A stretch of 64,000 nucleotides of DNA, taken from NCBI GenBank assembly GCA_963798915.1, contig CAWCVB010000002.1, positions 288,001 through 352,000 of the forward strand, in the 5' to 3' direction. This document shows, piece after piece, positions 55,724 through 64,000 of the stretch. The notes beneath the pieces are model-generated. The model saw only the letters and a program-made list of their open reading frames with translations, was not told the origin of the DNA and searched no databases. The DNA comes from an uncultured Gemmatimonadales bacterium (GTDB lineage Bacteria > Gemmatimonadota > Gemmatimonadetes > Gemmatimonadales > GWC2-71-9). The translations under genes and the position numbers were made by a program. How positions within the stretch are numbered: the stretch's first letter is position 1; each line of letters begins with the position of its first letter.

Positions 55724-55890
55724 TGCTGAGAGCTGACGGCTGAAAGCCGAAGGCTGAAGGCTGAAGGCTGAAGGCTGAAGGCGGACGCGTGTCTCGCAAT
55801 AACAATAAGTGGCGACCTTCGGCCCAGCCGTCTCGCCGTCTCGCCGTCTCGCCGTCTCGCCGTCTCGCCGTCTCGCCGTCTCGCCGTCTC
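55724..55890. repeat. GGCTGAA heptamer array and (GCCGTCTC)8 octamer array
   Basis: Octamer array is perfect over 55827-55890. Confidence 0.9.
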
Positions 55891-55911
55891 GCGCCTTCCC
55901 ACTTCTTGCGT

Positions 55912-56331
55912 TCAACTTCCCACTTCCAGCACCGGCTTGATATCCACCACCGGCGTGCCATCAATGGCCTCGAGTGCCTCCACATGCAGGCGGTTGCCGT
56001 TCTCGATGCGGAGGAGCCGAGTGCGATGGATCCCGATCGGATTGGGCCGGTCGGGCGATCGAGTGGCGAAGACGCCTGTGAGCGGTGTCTCGGGATCCCG
56101 GCCGGGATGCACCTGCAGCGTATCGCGCCGGCCCTCATGCAGCCACGTGAGGATGATGATCTCGTCGCCGACCGCGAGCAGATGGAGCGCCGCCAGGTAC
56201 ACCGGCTCGATCTCGATCCATGCTTCGGGCGCGCCCTGGGACGGCTGGCGCGGCGCGTCCTTCCGTTGCGTCAGCGATGACTGCACCCATCCGATGGGGC
56301 GGAGTTCGAAGTGCTCGGGAGTTTCGGTCAT
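55912..56331 (-). CDS. tsaA: tRNA t6A37 N6-methyltransferase TrmO/TsaA-like
   Basis: LRPIG.V.S, GVFATRSPDRPNPIG, DGTPVVDIKP. Confidence 0.88.
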   Translation of the reverse strand: MTETPEHFELRPIGWVQSSLTQRKDAPRQPSQGAPEAWIEIEPVYLAALHLLAVGDEIIILTWLHEGRRDTLQVHPGRDPETPLTGVFATRSPDRPNPIGIHRTRLLRIENGNRLHVEALEAIDGTPVVDIKPVLEVGS

Positions 56332-56360
56332 TCGCATCCGGTCCTGTGCTGAGCCACCGA

Positions 56361-56828
56361 TCAGCGCGCCCGGGCCCGGACGGACCTGGCCATCGCCACC
56401 CACTGGTCCATGGGAATGCTGGCCACGAGCTCGCCGATCAACTCCAGGGCCAGGTCGTCCGCCTGGCGGAAGCGGATACAGGCCTTGCCCATGTCCAGCT
56501 TCTTGCCGGCCGCCTTGGAGCCCTCTTGGAGCCGCCGGAGATGCCGGGCGTCGCCATACGCGCTCATCAGGTAGAGCGAGAGATGGTGCTTCTGCGACGC
56601 GAGCGCAACGTACCAGAGCGGGTGCCCGTTGTACGTATCCGGATAAATCGCGAGCGGCACCTGGTAGGCGAGAACGTCGCCTGCCATGGCTTCTTCGTAT
56701 CCGGCCGGAAGGTTCCGGAGAATGGTATCGCGCACCGTCTCCATCGCGGCGCGCCGATCTGCCGGCAGGGCAGCCAGGAAATCCATCGCCGCACTCGAGG
56801 ATGTCCGGTTTGAGGATGGCCTGTTCAT
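56361..56828 (-). CDS. DUF1801 domain protein
   Basis: NLPAGYEE, YPDTYNG.PL.Y.ALASQK, KLDMGKACIRF. Confidence 0.88.
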   Translation of the reverse strand: MNRPSSNRTSSSAAMDFLAALPADRRAAMETVRDTILRNLPAGYEEAMAGDVLAYQVPLAIYPDTYNGHPLWYVALASQKHHLSLYLMSAYGDARHLRRLQEGSKAAGKKLDMGKACIRFRQADDLALELIGELVASIPMDQWVAMARSVRARAR

Positions 56829-56878
56829 CGCGAGTCTCCCTGGGAAGGTCTGTGGGTCCTCTCCTCGTCTTGACGCAC

Positions 56879-58243
56879 TCAGCGCATTCCCGGCAGCCGC
56901 ACGGTGACGGCCATGCCGGCGGTATCCACATCGGCGCTGTGCCACGTTGCGGCGATGCCGTCCGCCGAGACGGTAAGGCCACTGTCAGAAGCCACGACGG
57001 TGGGCGGCGCCTTCAGGCCGGTGAGGGTGAGCGTCCGCACACCGGTGAAGAGCGGATGCGCGCCGGCAGACGCGGTCAGCGCCGGCCGTCCCATGATCTC
57101 GATGCTGCCGCTGCTGTTGCCCAGTCTCAGGAAGCGGGTGTGGAGCACCTCACCCGGCGCCACGACCTGGACATTGAGCGGGTCGAATCCTTGGGGAAAG
57201 AGCGGACTCCCCGCCTCGATGGTCAGCCGCCATCCCGGCTGCTCCAGAAATGTACGCCGTCTGTCCTGGAGCTCGTGGACCAGTTCCTGCTGGTCCTGCC
57301 TGGCCGTCCGGGTGATGCGATTGCGCTCGTCAGCCCGGAATGCACAGGCCGATGTATCCGCACTGGAGACGACCACACTGAGCATCGAGTCCAGCGGGAT
57401 GGAATCCCGCTGCTCGAGGGCTGTGCGCCAGCCCGGCGAGAGCCGGTCGAGCAATCGCGCCATCGCCACGCCGCTCCGATACGCGCGCTGCCGCACGGCT
57501 TCAGCCGGAAATCCGGCCGCCGGCATGATGCTGCTGTCGGCGGCGCCAGTGGCGCGCCGCTCCACGTAGGTCGCCAGGCCTTCATTCAGTTCGGTCTGGC
57601 GCTCGTACGTCGCCCCGTCTCCGCCAAGCTGGGCAAAACGCTGCTTACGAAGCCGTATCGCTCGGCCAGTCCAGCACCCGGGCGACTCGGCGGCAAGCGC
57701 GCGACGCAACGCCTCCGACTCCAGGCGCCGCAACCCCAGCAGGCCGGCATCGCTCACCGGATAGGTGAAGAGATCGGCTTCGTTGGCGGACCAGTCGGGG
57801 TGATGCGCGCGTTGGAAGACATGAAACGTCTCATGAAGCAGGATCCCTGCGCGGGCGAGACCGGTGGTGGAATCTCCGGGCGGCATGAGGGTGGCAGTGG
57901 GAATGCCGCCCAGCTCTGCATTGGTGTTGGCGCTCACGCTGGAATCACGCCCATCGTGGACCAGGACACCCGGATGATCAGGCAGCGGAATGAACGTGGC
58001 GGGCGGCGCAGGATGGCGGAAGAGCAGGGTACGGGCGCCATCGAAGACGGCAACCGGCGTCGTGCGCGGGTCGAATCCGGGCCAGAGTTCCCGGTGCGCC
58101 AGTGAATCCGCCAACGCAACCACAGCGAATGGATCGCGGGCTCTGTCCGCGTCCGCAGTGGAAGAACCGGTTTGGCAGGCCCATGCCGCCAACGGCAGCA
58201 GCGTGCGCATGGCGGCCGTCCGAAGTGGCAGCGCTCGGCTCAC
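56879..58243 (-). CDS. Putative Zn metallopeptidase lipoprotein (HExxH + downstream EG)
   Basis: AWAC lipobox-like; LLHETFH; ELNEGLATYVE. Confidence 0.6.
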   Translation of the reverse strand: MSRALPLRTAAMRTLLPLAAWACQTGSSTADADRARDPFAVVALADSLAHRELWPGFDPRTTPVAVFDGARTLLFRHPAPPATFIPLPDHPGVLVHDGRDSSVSANTNAELGGIPTATLMPPGDSTTGLARAGILLHETFHVFQRAHHPDWSANEADLFTYPVSDAGLLGLRRLESEALRRALAAESPGCWTGRAIRLRKQRFAQLGGDGATYERQTELNEGLATYVERRATGAADSSIMPAAGFPAEAVRQRAYRSGVAMARLLDRLSPGWRTALEQRDSIPLDSMLSVVVSSADTSACAFRADERNRITRTARQDQQELVHELQDRRRTFLEQPGWRLTIEAGSPLFPQGFDPLNVQVVAPGEVLHTRFLRLGNSSGSIEIMGRPALTASAGAHPLFTGVRTLTLTGLKAPPTVVASDSGLTVSADGIAATWHSADVDTAGMAVTVRLPGMR

Positions 58244-58683
58244 TCGATGACTCGCTGGAACCTGGCCTCGATCTGGTTGGAGCCCGGTCCCTCATCACCA
58301 TAGAGCAGCGTCACGACCGTCTCGCTGTCCGACACGGTGCCAGGGCCCAGCAGGTAGGGAAAGCCCTCGCCGCCTCCGCCGGTACGGGTGAAGGTGAGCG
58401 TGTTGCCGCTTCGAGTCCAGGTGCCCTGCTCAGAGTTCTCGAATTCGATCCCGTTGTTCTTGTTGCGATGCATCGTATGCAGGTCGTAGGTCCTGGCCGT
58501 CAGCGTCAGCGATCCGGCCAGGGTCAGGCAGCAGCCATCAGGCGCGCCTGGGTCGGATGGCAAGGCCTGGCCGTTTTCCTCGGTCAAGTAGTAGCCACCC
58601 ACCAGTGGCGAGGGTTCGGTTCCGCTGCCACAGCTAGCCAAGGCCACTGTCACTATGACGCAGAACAGGAAGGAACGTTTCAT
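58240..58683 (-). CDS. Hypothetical lipoprotein (lipocalin-like)
   Basis: LASC lipobox; G.Y.L...NG..LP; GTWTRSGNTLTF; overlaps the next gene. Confidence 0.65.
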   Translation of the reverse strand: MKRSFLFCVIVTVALASCGSGTEPSPLVGGYYLTEENGQALPSDPGAPDGCCLTLAGSLTLTARTYDLHTMHRNKNNGIEFENSEQGTWTRSGNTLTFTRTGGGGEGFPYLLGPGTVSDSETVVTLLYGDEGPGSNQIEARFQRVIE

Positions 58684-58853
58684 GAGTCCTCACCAGATTC
58701 CAATACAGGTGCCGCTGCTGCAATACTTCCCGTCTTCCCGTCTTGTCCGCCTTGCCCGCCTTGCCCGCCGTGTCCAACCGGCTGATACTCTATAACGCTC
58801 GCCGGTAAGTGAGGCCGGCGTCAACTGACACTTCGAGCAACGCGAGGTGAGGC

Positions 58854-59970
58854 ATGAGCGGAGTGCGCGTGCTGGTTGGCACCCGGAAGGGGGCTTTTGT
58901 CCTGACATCCGACCAGGGGCGAAAGCAATGGGACGTGAGCGGGCCCCATTTTGCCGGCTGGGAGCTGTATCACGTCAAGGGTTCGCCGGCTTAATCCCGA
59001 CCGGATCTACGCCTCGCAGTCGAGCGGCTGGTTTGGCCAGATGATCCAGCGCTCGGACGATGGCGGCAGGACCTGGGAGCCGGTGGGGAACGAGTTTGCC
59101 TATGCTGGTGTGCCCGGCACGCACCAATGGTACGATGGTACGCCCCATCCCTGGGAATTCAAGCGGGTCTGGCACCTCGAGCCCTCGCTCACCGAGCCTG
59201 ACACGGTCTATGCCGGCATCGAGGACGCCGCGCTGTTCCAGTCCACCGATGGCGGCAAGTGCTGGCAGGAACTGTCAGGACTACGGGGCCATGGATCCGG
59301 TCCGCACTGGACGCCGGGCGCCGGCGGCATGTGCCTCCATACCATCCTGATCGATCCCGCCAATCCGCAGCGAATGTTTATCGCGATTTCGGCGGCCGGC
59401 GCCTTTCGCACGCTGGACGGCGGCGGGACCTGGGAGCCGATCAACAAGGGGCTCCACTCACAGTACATTCCCGATCCCACCGCCGAAGTGGGACACTGCG
59501 TGCACCGGATTGCCATGCATCCTTCGCGGCCTGACGTGCTCTATATGCAGAAGCATTGGGACGTGATGCGAAGCGACAACGGCGGCGACAGCTGGCAGGA
59601 GGTGAGCGGGAACCTGCCCACCGACTTCGGCTTCGTGATCGATGTCCACGCCCACGAGCCCGAGACCATCTACGTCGTCCCGATCAAGAGCGATTCGGAA
59701 CATTACCCGATGGACGGCAAGCTGCGTGTCTACCGGAGCCGCAGCGGCGGCAACGCGTGGGAGGAGCTGGGCAAGGGCCTGCCGGACCGCAACTGCTACG
59801 TCAATGTGCTGCGCGACGCGATGGCGGTGGATGCATGCGACGAGTGCGGAGTGTATTTCGGCACCACCGGTGGCCAGGTCTATGTCTCGGCCGACAGCGG
59901 CGACCGCTGGGCCCCCATCGTGCGGGACCTGCCGGCGGTCCTCTCGGTCGAGGTGCAGACGCTCGCATGA
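58854..59970 (+). CDS. BNR/Asp-box beta-propeller (sialidase-like), 1-nt frameshift near 58991
   Basis: [15 protein letters not shown] joins NPDRIYASQ if one T is removed; SDDGG.TW Asp boxes. Confidence 0.85.
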
Positions 59971-60266
59971 TCCGGGTGGTGCTGCCCAACCCGCTCTGCG
60001 TCATCGCGCGGACCGAGAGCAACGAACTGCTGCTCGACGTGCCGGCGCCGGTGACCCAGCGAACCGTACTCGATGCGGTGGAGACGCGCTTCCCCATGCT
60101 CCGGGGGACGCTCCGCGACCACGCGACCCTCAAGCGCCGGGCCTTCATCCGCTTCTATGCCTGCGAGCAGGATCTCTCGCACGAGTCACCCGATACGCCC
60201 CTGCCGCCGGCCGTGATCGATGGCGCCGAGCCGTTCATTATCCTCGGCGCCATCGTGGGCGGCTAG
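59967..60266 (+). CDS. MoaD/ThiS ubiquitin-like protein
   Basis: Beta-grasp size, C-terminal GG, ATGA overlap. Confidence 0.88.
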   Translation: MIRVVLPNPLCVIARTESNELLLDVPAPVTQRTVLDAVETRFPMLRGTLRDHATLKRRAFIRFYACEQDLSHESPDTPLPPAVIDGAEPFIILGAIVGG

Positions 60267-60278
60267 GCATGCCGCAGG

Positions 60279-61271
60279 CTACCGGCGCGACTTGGCCACC
60301 TGGCTTGGCCCCTTGATCACGCCCGCACGGCCGGCAGCACGCCGGCACATCGCCAGCTGGCCGGCATGATAGGTCCCGTGCATGGCGATGAGCTGCAGGA
60401 GTTCGGCACGCGAGCACTCCCCGCCAAAGGGATGCGGTACCGGCTCCGCCAGCTGCGCGTCGCTCAGCGCCGCAATGCCGGCAAGGCACCGCTCCCGTGA
60501 CTCCACAAACCGGCTGGTCAACCGTGACCAGTCCATTGGAGCATCAGGGCGGTCGGCCGGCTCCGGGGCTGCACCCGCCAGTTCGTCATCCGGCACCACC
60601 GGTTCTTCTCCCATCAAGTGCATGGCGCCGTTGTGCACGGTAATCAGGTGCCCCAGCACCCAGCTGGCCGAATTGGCACCGCCCTGGGCTTGAACCTGGG
60701 CATCCTCTGACGACATCCCCTCGAGATTGGGCAGGCTGGTCCCGTACAGCATTTCGTACTGCCGGGTCAGAAGGTCCTGTGTGCGCATGATCTGATTCTC
60801 CTGGTGATTGCCGTGCGAAAACAACTGTTCAAGGTTCTTGAGGGCGCTGGTCCATCCGACTCGGTGTCCGTCGCGGGCCGCGGCACTCAGGAACCCGTCC
60901 TGCCGCAGCACCACGAGCGTCCGCTCGCCCTGTTCGTGAAATTCCACGGTGAGCACTGTCTCCCGAGCCCGGGCGTCGGCCTCGGATTCGCCCTCCTGCT
61001 GCCACATATGGGTGTACACCAACCGTTCGGGCGGCGTGATCTCGCGATACTGGCCCACGGCCACGTGCCGGGTGCCATCGGGTTCCTGCATGACGGCGCG
61101 GAAGCGGCCGCCCACCCGGAAATCGATGGAACCCTCGGGCAGTGTCATGCCTTCCGGCGCGGACCATCGGGCGAGCAGCTCGGGCCGGGTCCATGCGTCA
61201 AAGACCTGCTGCCGCGGCGCTGCGATCAGGCGCTCCAGCCGCAGGCTGAACTGTTCGGTGTGGGCGGTCAT
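60279..61271 (-). CDS. SRPBCC(AHSA1)-DinB in-frame fusion
   Basis: APRQQVFDAWT, PPERLVYT, GW...L; then DinB-like NS..WVLGHL, HGTYHAGQL; internal AGGAG+ATG at 60788. Confidence 0.8.
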   Translation of the reverse strand: MTAHTEQFSLRLERLIAAPRQQVFDAWTRPELLARWSAPEGMTLPEGSIDFRVGGRFRAVMQEPDGTRHVAVGQYREITPPERLVYTHMWQQEGESEADARARETVLTVEFHEQGERTLVVLRQDGFLSAAARDGHRVGWTSALKNLEQLFSHGNHQENQIMRTQDLLTRQYEMLYGTSLPNLEGMSSEDAQVQAQGGANSASWVLGHLITVHNGAMHLMGEEPVVPDDELAGAAPEPADRPDAPMDWSRLTSRFVESRERCLAGIAALSDAQLAEPVPHPFGGECSRAELLQLIAMHGTYHAGQLAMCRRAAGRAGVIKGPSQVAKSRR

Positions 61272-61618
61272 GCCTCCACTTCCTTTCCGTGCGGCGCTTC
61301 CAGATACGCCTGCAATGCGTCCAGCTGTGATTCCCAGTATCGGTGATACCGATCCACCCAGGTGGCTGCCTGCTTGAGCGGCGCGCCGTCGAAGCGGCAG
61401 CGGTTGACCCGGCCGTCCGGCATCCGGTGCACCAGCCCGGCGCGCTCCAGCACATCGAGGTGCTTGGAGACGGCAGGCCGGGAGATGCTGAACGGCTCGG
61501 CCAACTCACCCACCGTGGCTTCGCCCCTGGACAGCCGGGCAAGCATGGCGCGCCGGGTGCTGTCGGCCAGGGCCTGGAAGATGAGGTCAAGCCGGGCGGC
61601 ACGTGAAATGGTAACCAT
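61268..61618 (-). CDS. ArsR/SmtB family regulator
   Basis: FQALADSTRR.ML, VGELAEPF.ISRPAVSKHL.VLERAGLV. Confidence 0.92.
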   Translation of the reverse strand: MVTISRAARLDLIFQALADSTRRAMLARLSRGEATVGELAEPFSISRPAVSKHLDVLERAGLVHRMPDGRVNRCRFDGAPLKQAATWVDRYHRYWESQLDALQAYLEAPHGKEVEA

Positions 61619-61627
61619 ACGGTTACC
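61610..61627. promoter_or_regulatory. ArsR operator palindrome GGTAACC-N4-GGTTACC
   Basis: Overlaps the arsR start codon. Confidence 0.7.
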
Positions 61628-61665
61628 AATATGGCAACACCGTCGCCCTCGCGCAATCCCGGAAT

Positions 61666-61692
61666 GAACTTTCCGGGCAGGCTGATCGTCCC
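61666..61692 (+). promoter_or_regulatory. Candidate ECF autoregulatory promoter GAACTT-N15-CGTC
   Basis: About 40 bp upstream of the ECF gene. Confidence 0.5.
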
Positions 61693-61730
61693 TATGAACG
61701 GATCACTCATGCCCGGCCCCGGGAGCACCA

Positions 61731-62273
61731 ATGCCTGACCTCGCACCCGATGCACTGCGGCTTCGCCTGCTGGTGCTGCGCTGCCAGGTGGGGGATGATC
61801 GAGCGTTCGCGGTGCTGATGGAGCAGTTTGGCGCCCGCACGCTGGGATACCTGCGGGGGCTGGTGGGAGACGCAGCTGACGACCTTCAGCAGGAGGTGTG
61901 GCTCGCGGTCTTGCGGAATATCCGCCACCTGGCCAATCCGGGCGCCTTCCGCACCTGGCTCTTCCGCACCACTCGGCACCGGGCAATCGATCACCTGCGA
62001 CGCACGCGCCGGGAGCAGGAGCTGTTCGCCGAGCTGGATGATGAGGCGTCTGGCGCGATCGAGGTGGATGATGCGCCCCTGGTGGTCTCGGCTGAGATGA
62101 GCGATGCGCTGGCTCGACTGCCCGTCCTGCAGCGTGAGGCCATGCTGCTCCGCTACCGGGACGGGCTGAGTTACGGCGAGATAGCGCTGGTGACGGGATG
62201 CCCGGTGGGCACGGTGCGCTCACGGCTGCACCACGCGCACAAGCGGCTGAAGGAATTGCTGGAACAGGAATGA
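61731..62273 (+). CDS. ECF RNA polymerase sigma factor
   Basis: ADDLQQEVW, AFRTWL, GLSYGEIA, GTVRSRLHHA. Confidence 0.92.
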   Translation: MPDLAPDALRLRLLVLRCQVGDDRAFAVLMEQFGARTLGYLRGLVGDAADDLQQEVWLAVLRNIRHLANPGAFRTWLFRTTRHRAIDHLRRTRREQELFAELDDEASGAIEVDDAPLVVSAEMSDALARLPVLQREAMLLRYRDGLSYGEIALVTGCPVGTVRSRLHHAHKRLKELLEQE

Positions 62274-62312
62274 CGCGCCGCGGAACGGCGCCCACACACG
62301 TAGGAGAGCACG

Positions 62313-62687
62313 ATGAGTCATCAGATGAGCGGATCTAGCGGACCGTGGGCCCTGGTGGAAGACGAGAAGCGGCGGGACCGGGTCCTGCGGCGCGTAAGTA
62401 GGGTGGCGTGGGTTGCCACCATCACGGTAGTCCTGGTCTACGCCGTGATCACCGGCGTCCAGATTGCGCATGTTGCGCGGCTGCAGGCGGTCGGCATTTC
62501 CACCGGCGCGACGGTGTTCTCGACCGCGCTGCCGCTCCTGATCGTAGTGGGCGTGCTGAGCCTGCTCATCGCTACGCTCAGCACCGTGGGCATCTTCCTG
62601 CGCTTGCGCACCGCGAGCCTGCTGGAGATCCAGCTCCGGCTGGCGGCGCTGGAAGAGATCCTGACAGCCCGGGGCGACGTGCGCTGA
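62313..62687 (+). CDS. Two-TM membrane protein (possible anti-sigma partner)
   Basis: AGGAG RBS, two hydrophobic segments, immediately downstream of the ECF gene. Confidence 0.6.
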   Translation: MSHQMSGSSGPWALVEDEKRRDRVLRRVSRVAWVATITVVLVYAVITGVQIAHVARLQAVGISTGATVFSTALPLLIVVGVLSLLIATLSTVGIFLRLRTASLLEIQLRLAALEEILTARGDVR

Positions 62688-62828
62688 CGCGCCGACGCGC
62701 GCCCTGGTCGCTGCCCAGGGCTTTCCCCCCAGCGTCACGATGAAGCTCCGCCCTGTCGGGTCCGGCCGTCCGAAGTCCTTGCGGCTGCGAGTCCGAAGTG
62801 GAACATTGAGCGTACACTTGGAGCAGCC

Positions 62829-63266
62829 ATGAACATCGGACGCGCGACAGTTGCCGGCGTGATCGGCACGGTAGCCATGACCGTGCTGTTCTTCGTCGAG
62901 CCGCTTATCGGCTTCCCACGGATGGCCGAAGGTGGCATTCTCAGCACCGTCATGTCAGCGACGGTAGCCCATCTTCCGGTGGGGTTCGTCGGGGGCTGGG
63001 TCGTGCATTTCGGAGTCGGGATCCTGCTGGCAGTCGTCTATGCGGCGACTGCGGTCACCCGGATGCCAGGTGCGCCGGCGGTGCGCGGTGCGCTGTATGG
63101 GGCACTGGTCTTCCTCGTGGCACAGCTGGTCGTCATGCCACTGGTGGGAGCGGGCGCCTTCTCGGGCGGCGATCCGTCCCGCCTGGCCGGAAGCCTGGCG
63201 GGACACCTCGTGTACGGAGCGGTTGTTGGGTGGTATTACGGACGAGGACGCCAGCCTACCGTTTGA
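62829..63266 (+). CDS. Four-TM membrane protein (DUF6789/DUF2938-like)
   Basis: AGVIGTVAMT, GWVVHF, VVMPL.GAG.F, GHLVYG. Confidence 0.7.
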   Translation: MNIGRATVAGVIGTVAMTVLFFVEPLIGFPRMAEGGILSTVMSATVAHLPVGFVGGWVVHFGVGILLAVVYAATAVTRMPGAPAVRGALYGALVFLVAQLVVMPLVGAGAFSGGDPSRLAGSLAGHLVYGAVVGWYYGRGRQPTV

Positions 63267-63654
63267 CTGTTCCGTGGCTCACGGCATAAATATAGGTGGC
63301 CACCATGAGGATCTGTGCGTCGCTGATTCCACCGGGATGCGAAACCATGGCCGTCCCGGGCATCCCCTCTTTGATCCGGTTGATGATGGCATCGTAACTG
63401 CCGTCAATGTGTCGCCATGTGGGACCCCGCAGTGACGGGGCAATGGGTCCACCCTGGAGATTGTCACCATGGCAGGCGTAGCAATTGCCGGCTCCGTGGA
63501 AGACTTTCCGTCCCTCGTTGATGATCGCCGGAGTCAGGACGGCGGTATGCGGCACCGAGTGGGGCCGGCCCGTGGTGTCGGTCACCTGGGCCTGAGCGGC
63601 GCCCGCCATCCCGGCGAGCAGAAGAACGGCGAGACCGGCATCCCTGGTTTTCAT
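63256..63654 (-). CDS. Monoheme c-type cytochrome
   Basis: Signal peptide; CYACH; G.PGTAM axial Met. Confidence 0.88.
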   Translation of the reverse strand: MKTRDAGLAVLLLAGMAGAAQAQVTDTTGRPHSVPHTAVLTPAIINEGRKVFHGAGNCYACHGDNLQGGPIAPSLRGPTWRHIDGSYDAIINRIKEGMPGTAMVSHPGGISDAQILMVATYIYAVSHGTVKR

Positions 63655-63846
63655 GCTGCGGCGCCTCATGTATACGGGGGTCCACGCTCCAACAGTAAGG
63701 CCGCAGTCCGCGCCGGGCAAAGGCGCCTCCATTCCTCGGCTGCATCCATCGCTCGACACGATACAGCCCGTCGCTCCCCCCTGCGCATATCCTCATGCTT
63801 TCCCCAGGACATCGGGGCACCCGCCCCAATCCACCACGGAGGTTGC

Positions 63847-64000
63847 ATGTCTCGCGCGCGCACCTGGCTGGTCGTGATTGTCGCGATGTTCGGAGTGCCC
63901 ATTCCCGCCCACGCTGACTCGCTCAAGGACCTGGCTCGCGCGTATCTGCGCGTCTATGCCTCGGGACGCTCGGCCAGGTCGGAACGGATTTCCATCCCCA
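63847..64000 (+). CDS. Secreted protein, 5' part only
   Basis: GGAGG RBS; MSRARTWLVVIVAMFGVPIPAHA signal-like; open to the window end. Confidence 0.5.
   Translation, partial: MSRARTWLVVIVAMFGVPIPAHADSLKDLARAYLRVYASGRSARSERISIP

Noticed and set aside
58985..58996. Programmed frameshifting (also 16842 and 50597)
   Set aside because: No slippery heptamer or stimulatory structure seen; single-base errors are more likely.

Overview
High-GC bacterial window. Gene style, the kinase family and the repeats suggest Gemmatimonadota (inference). The left part has an HAF-repeat lipoprotein divergent from a TIGR02999-type ECF sigma/Ser-Thr kinase pair. A ~19 kb minus-strand array follows, with seven translationally coupled membrane Ser/Thr kinases plus one stub. 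Their kinase domains are conserved, their C-terminal sensors (TolB-like propeller or TolB-N/TPR) differ, and the array ends at a Tat-exported GH29 fucosidase. The rest is a stress/detox-like region: an Ada-Ogt lacking its HTH, two AdaA-AlkA paralogs (the second apparently glycosylase-dead), three DinB domains, VOC, DoxX, DUF1801, MATE, ECF42/YciI, VapBC, a dead RAYT, a BNR-propeller/MoaD pair and ArsR-SRPBCC. By eye I found a 17-bp box (nGTCCGnAnnnGGCn(A/T)G) 19-20 bp upstream of -10 hexamers at five promoters: ada, both adaA-alkA genes and two non-repair secreted-protein genes. Intergenic DNA is full of GTAG/CGTC-type REPs and 7-9 bp tandem repeats, some of which have entered coding sequence. 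Several single-base frameshifts and one dense indel cluster (~20.4-22.0 kb) may be sequencing or assembly errors. No rRNA, tRNA or CRISPR array was seen.
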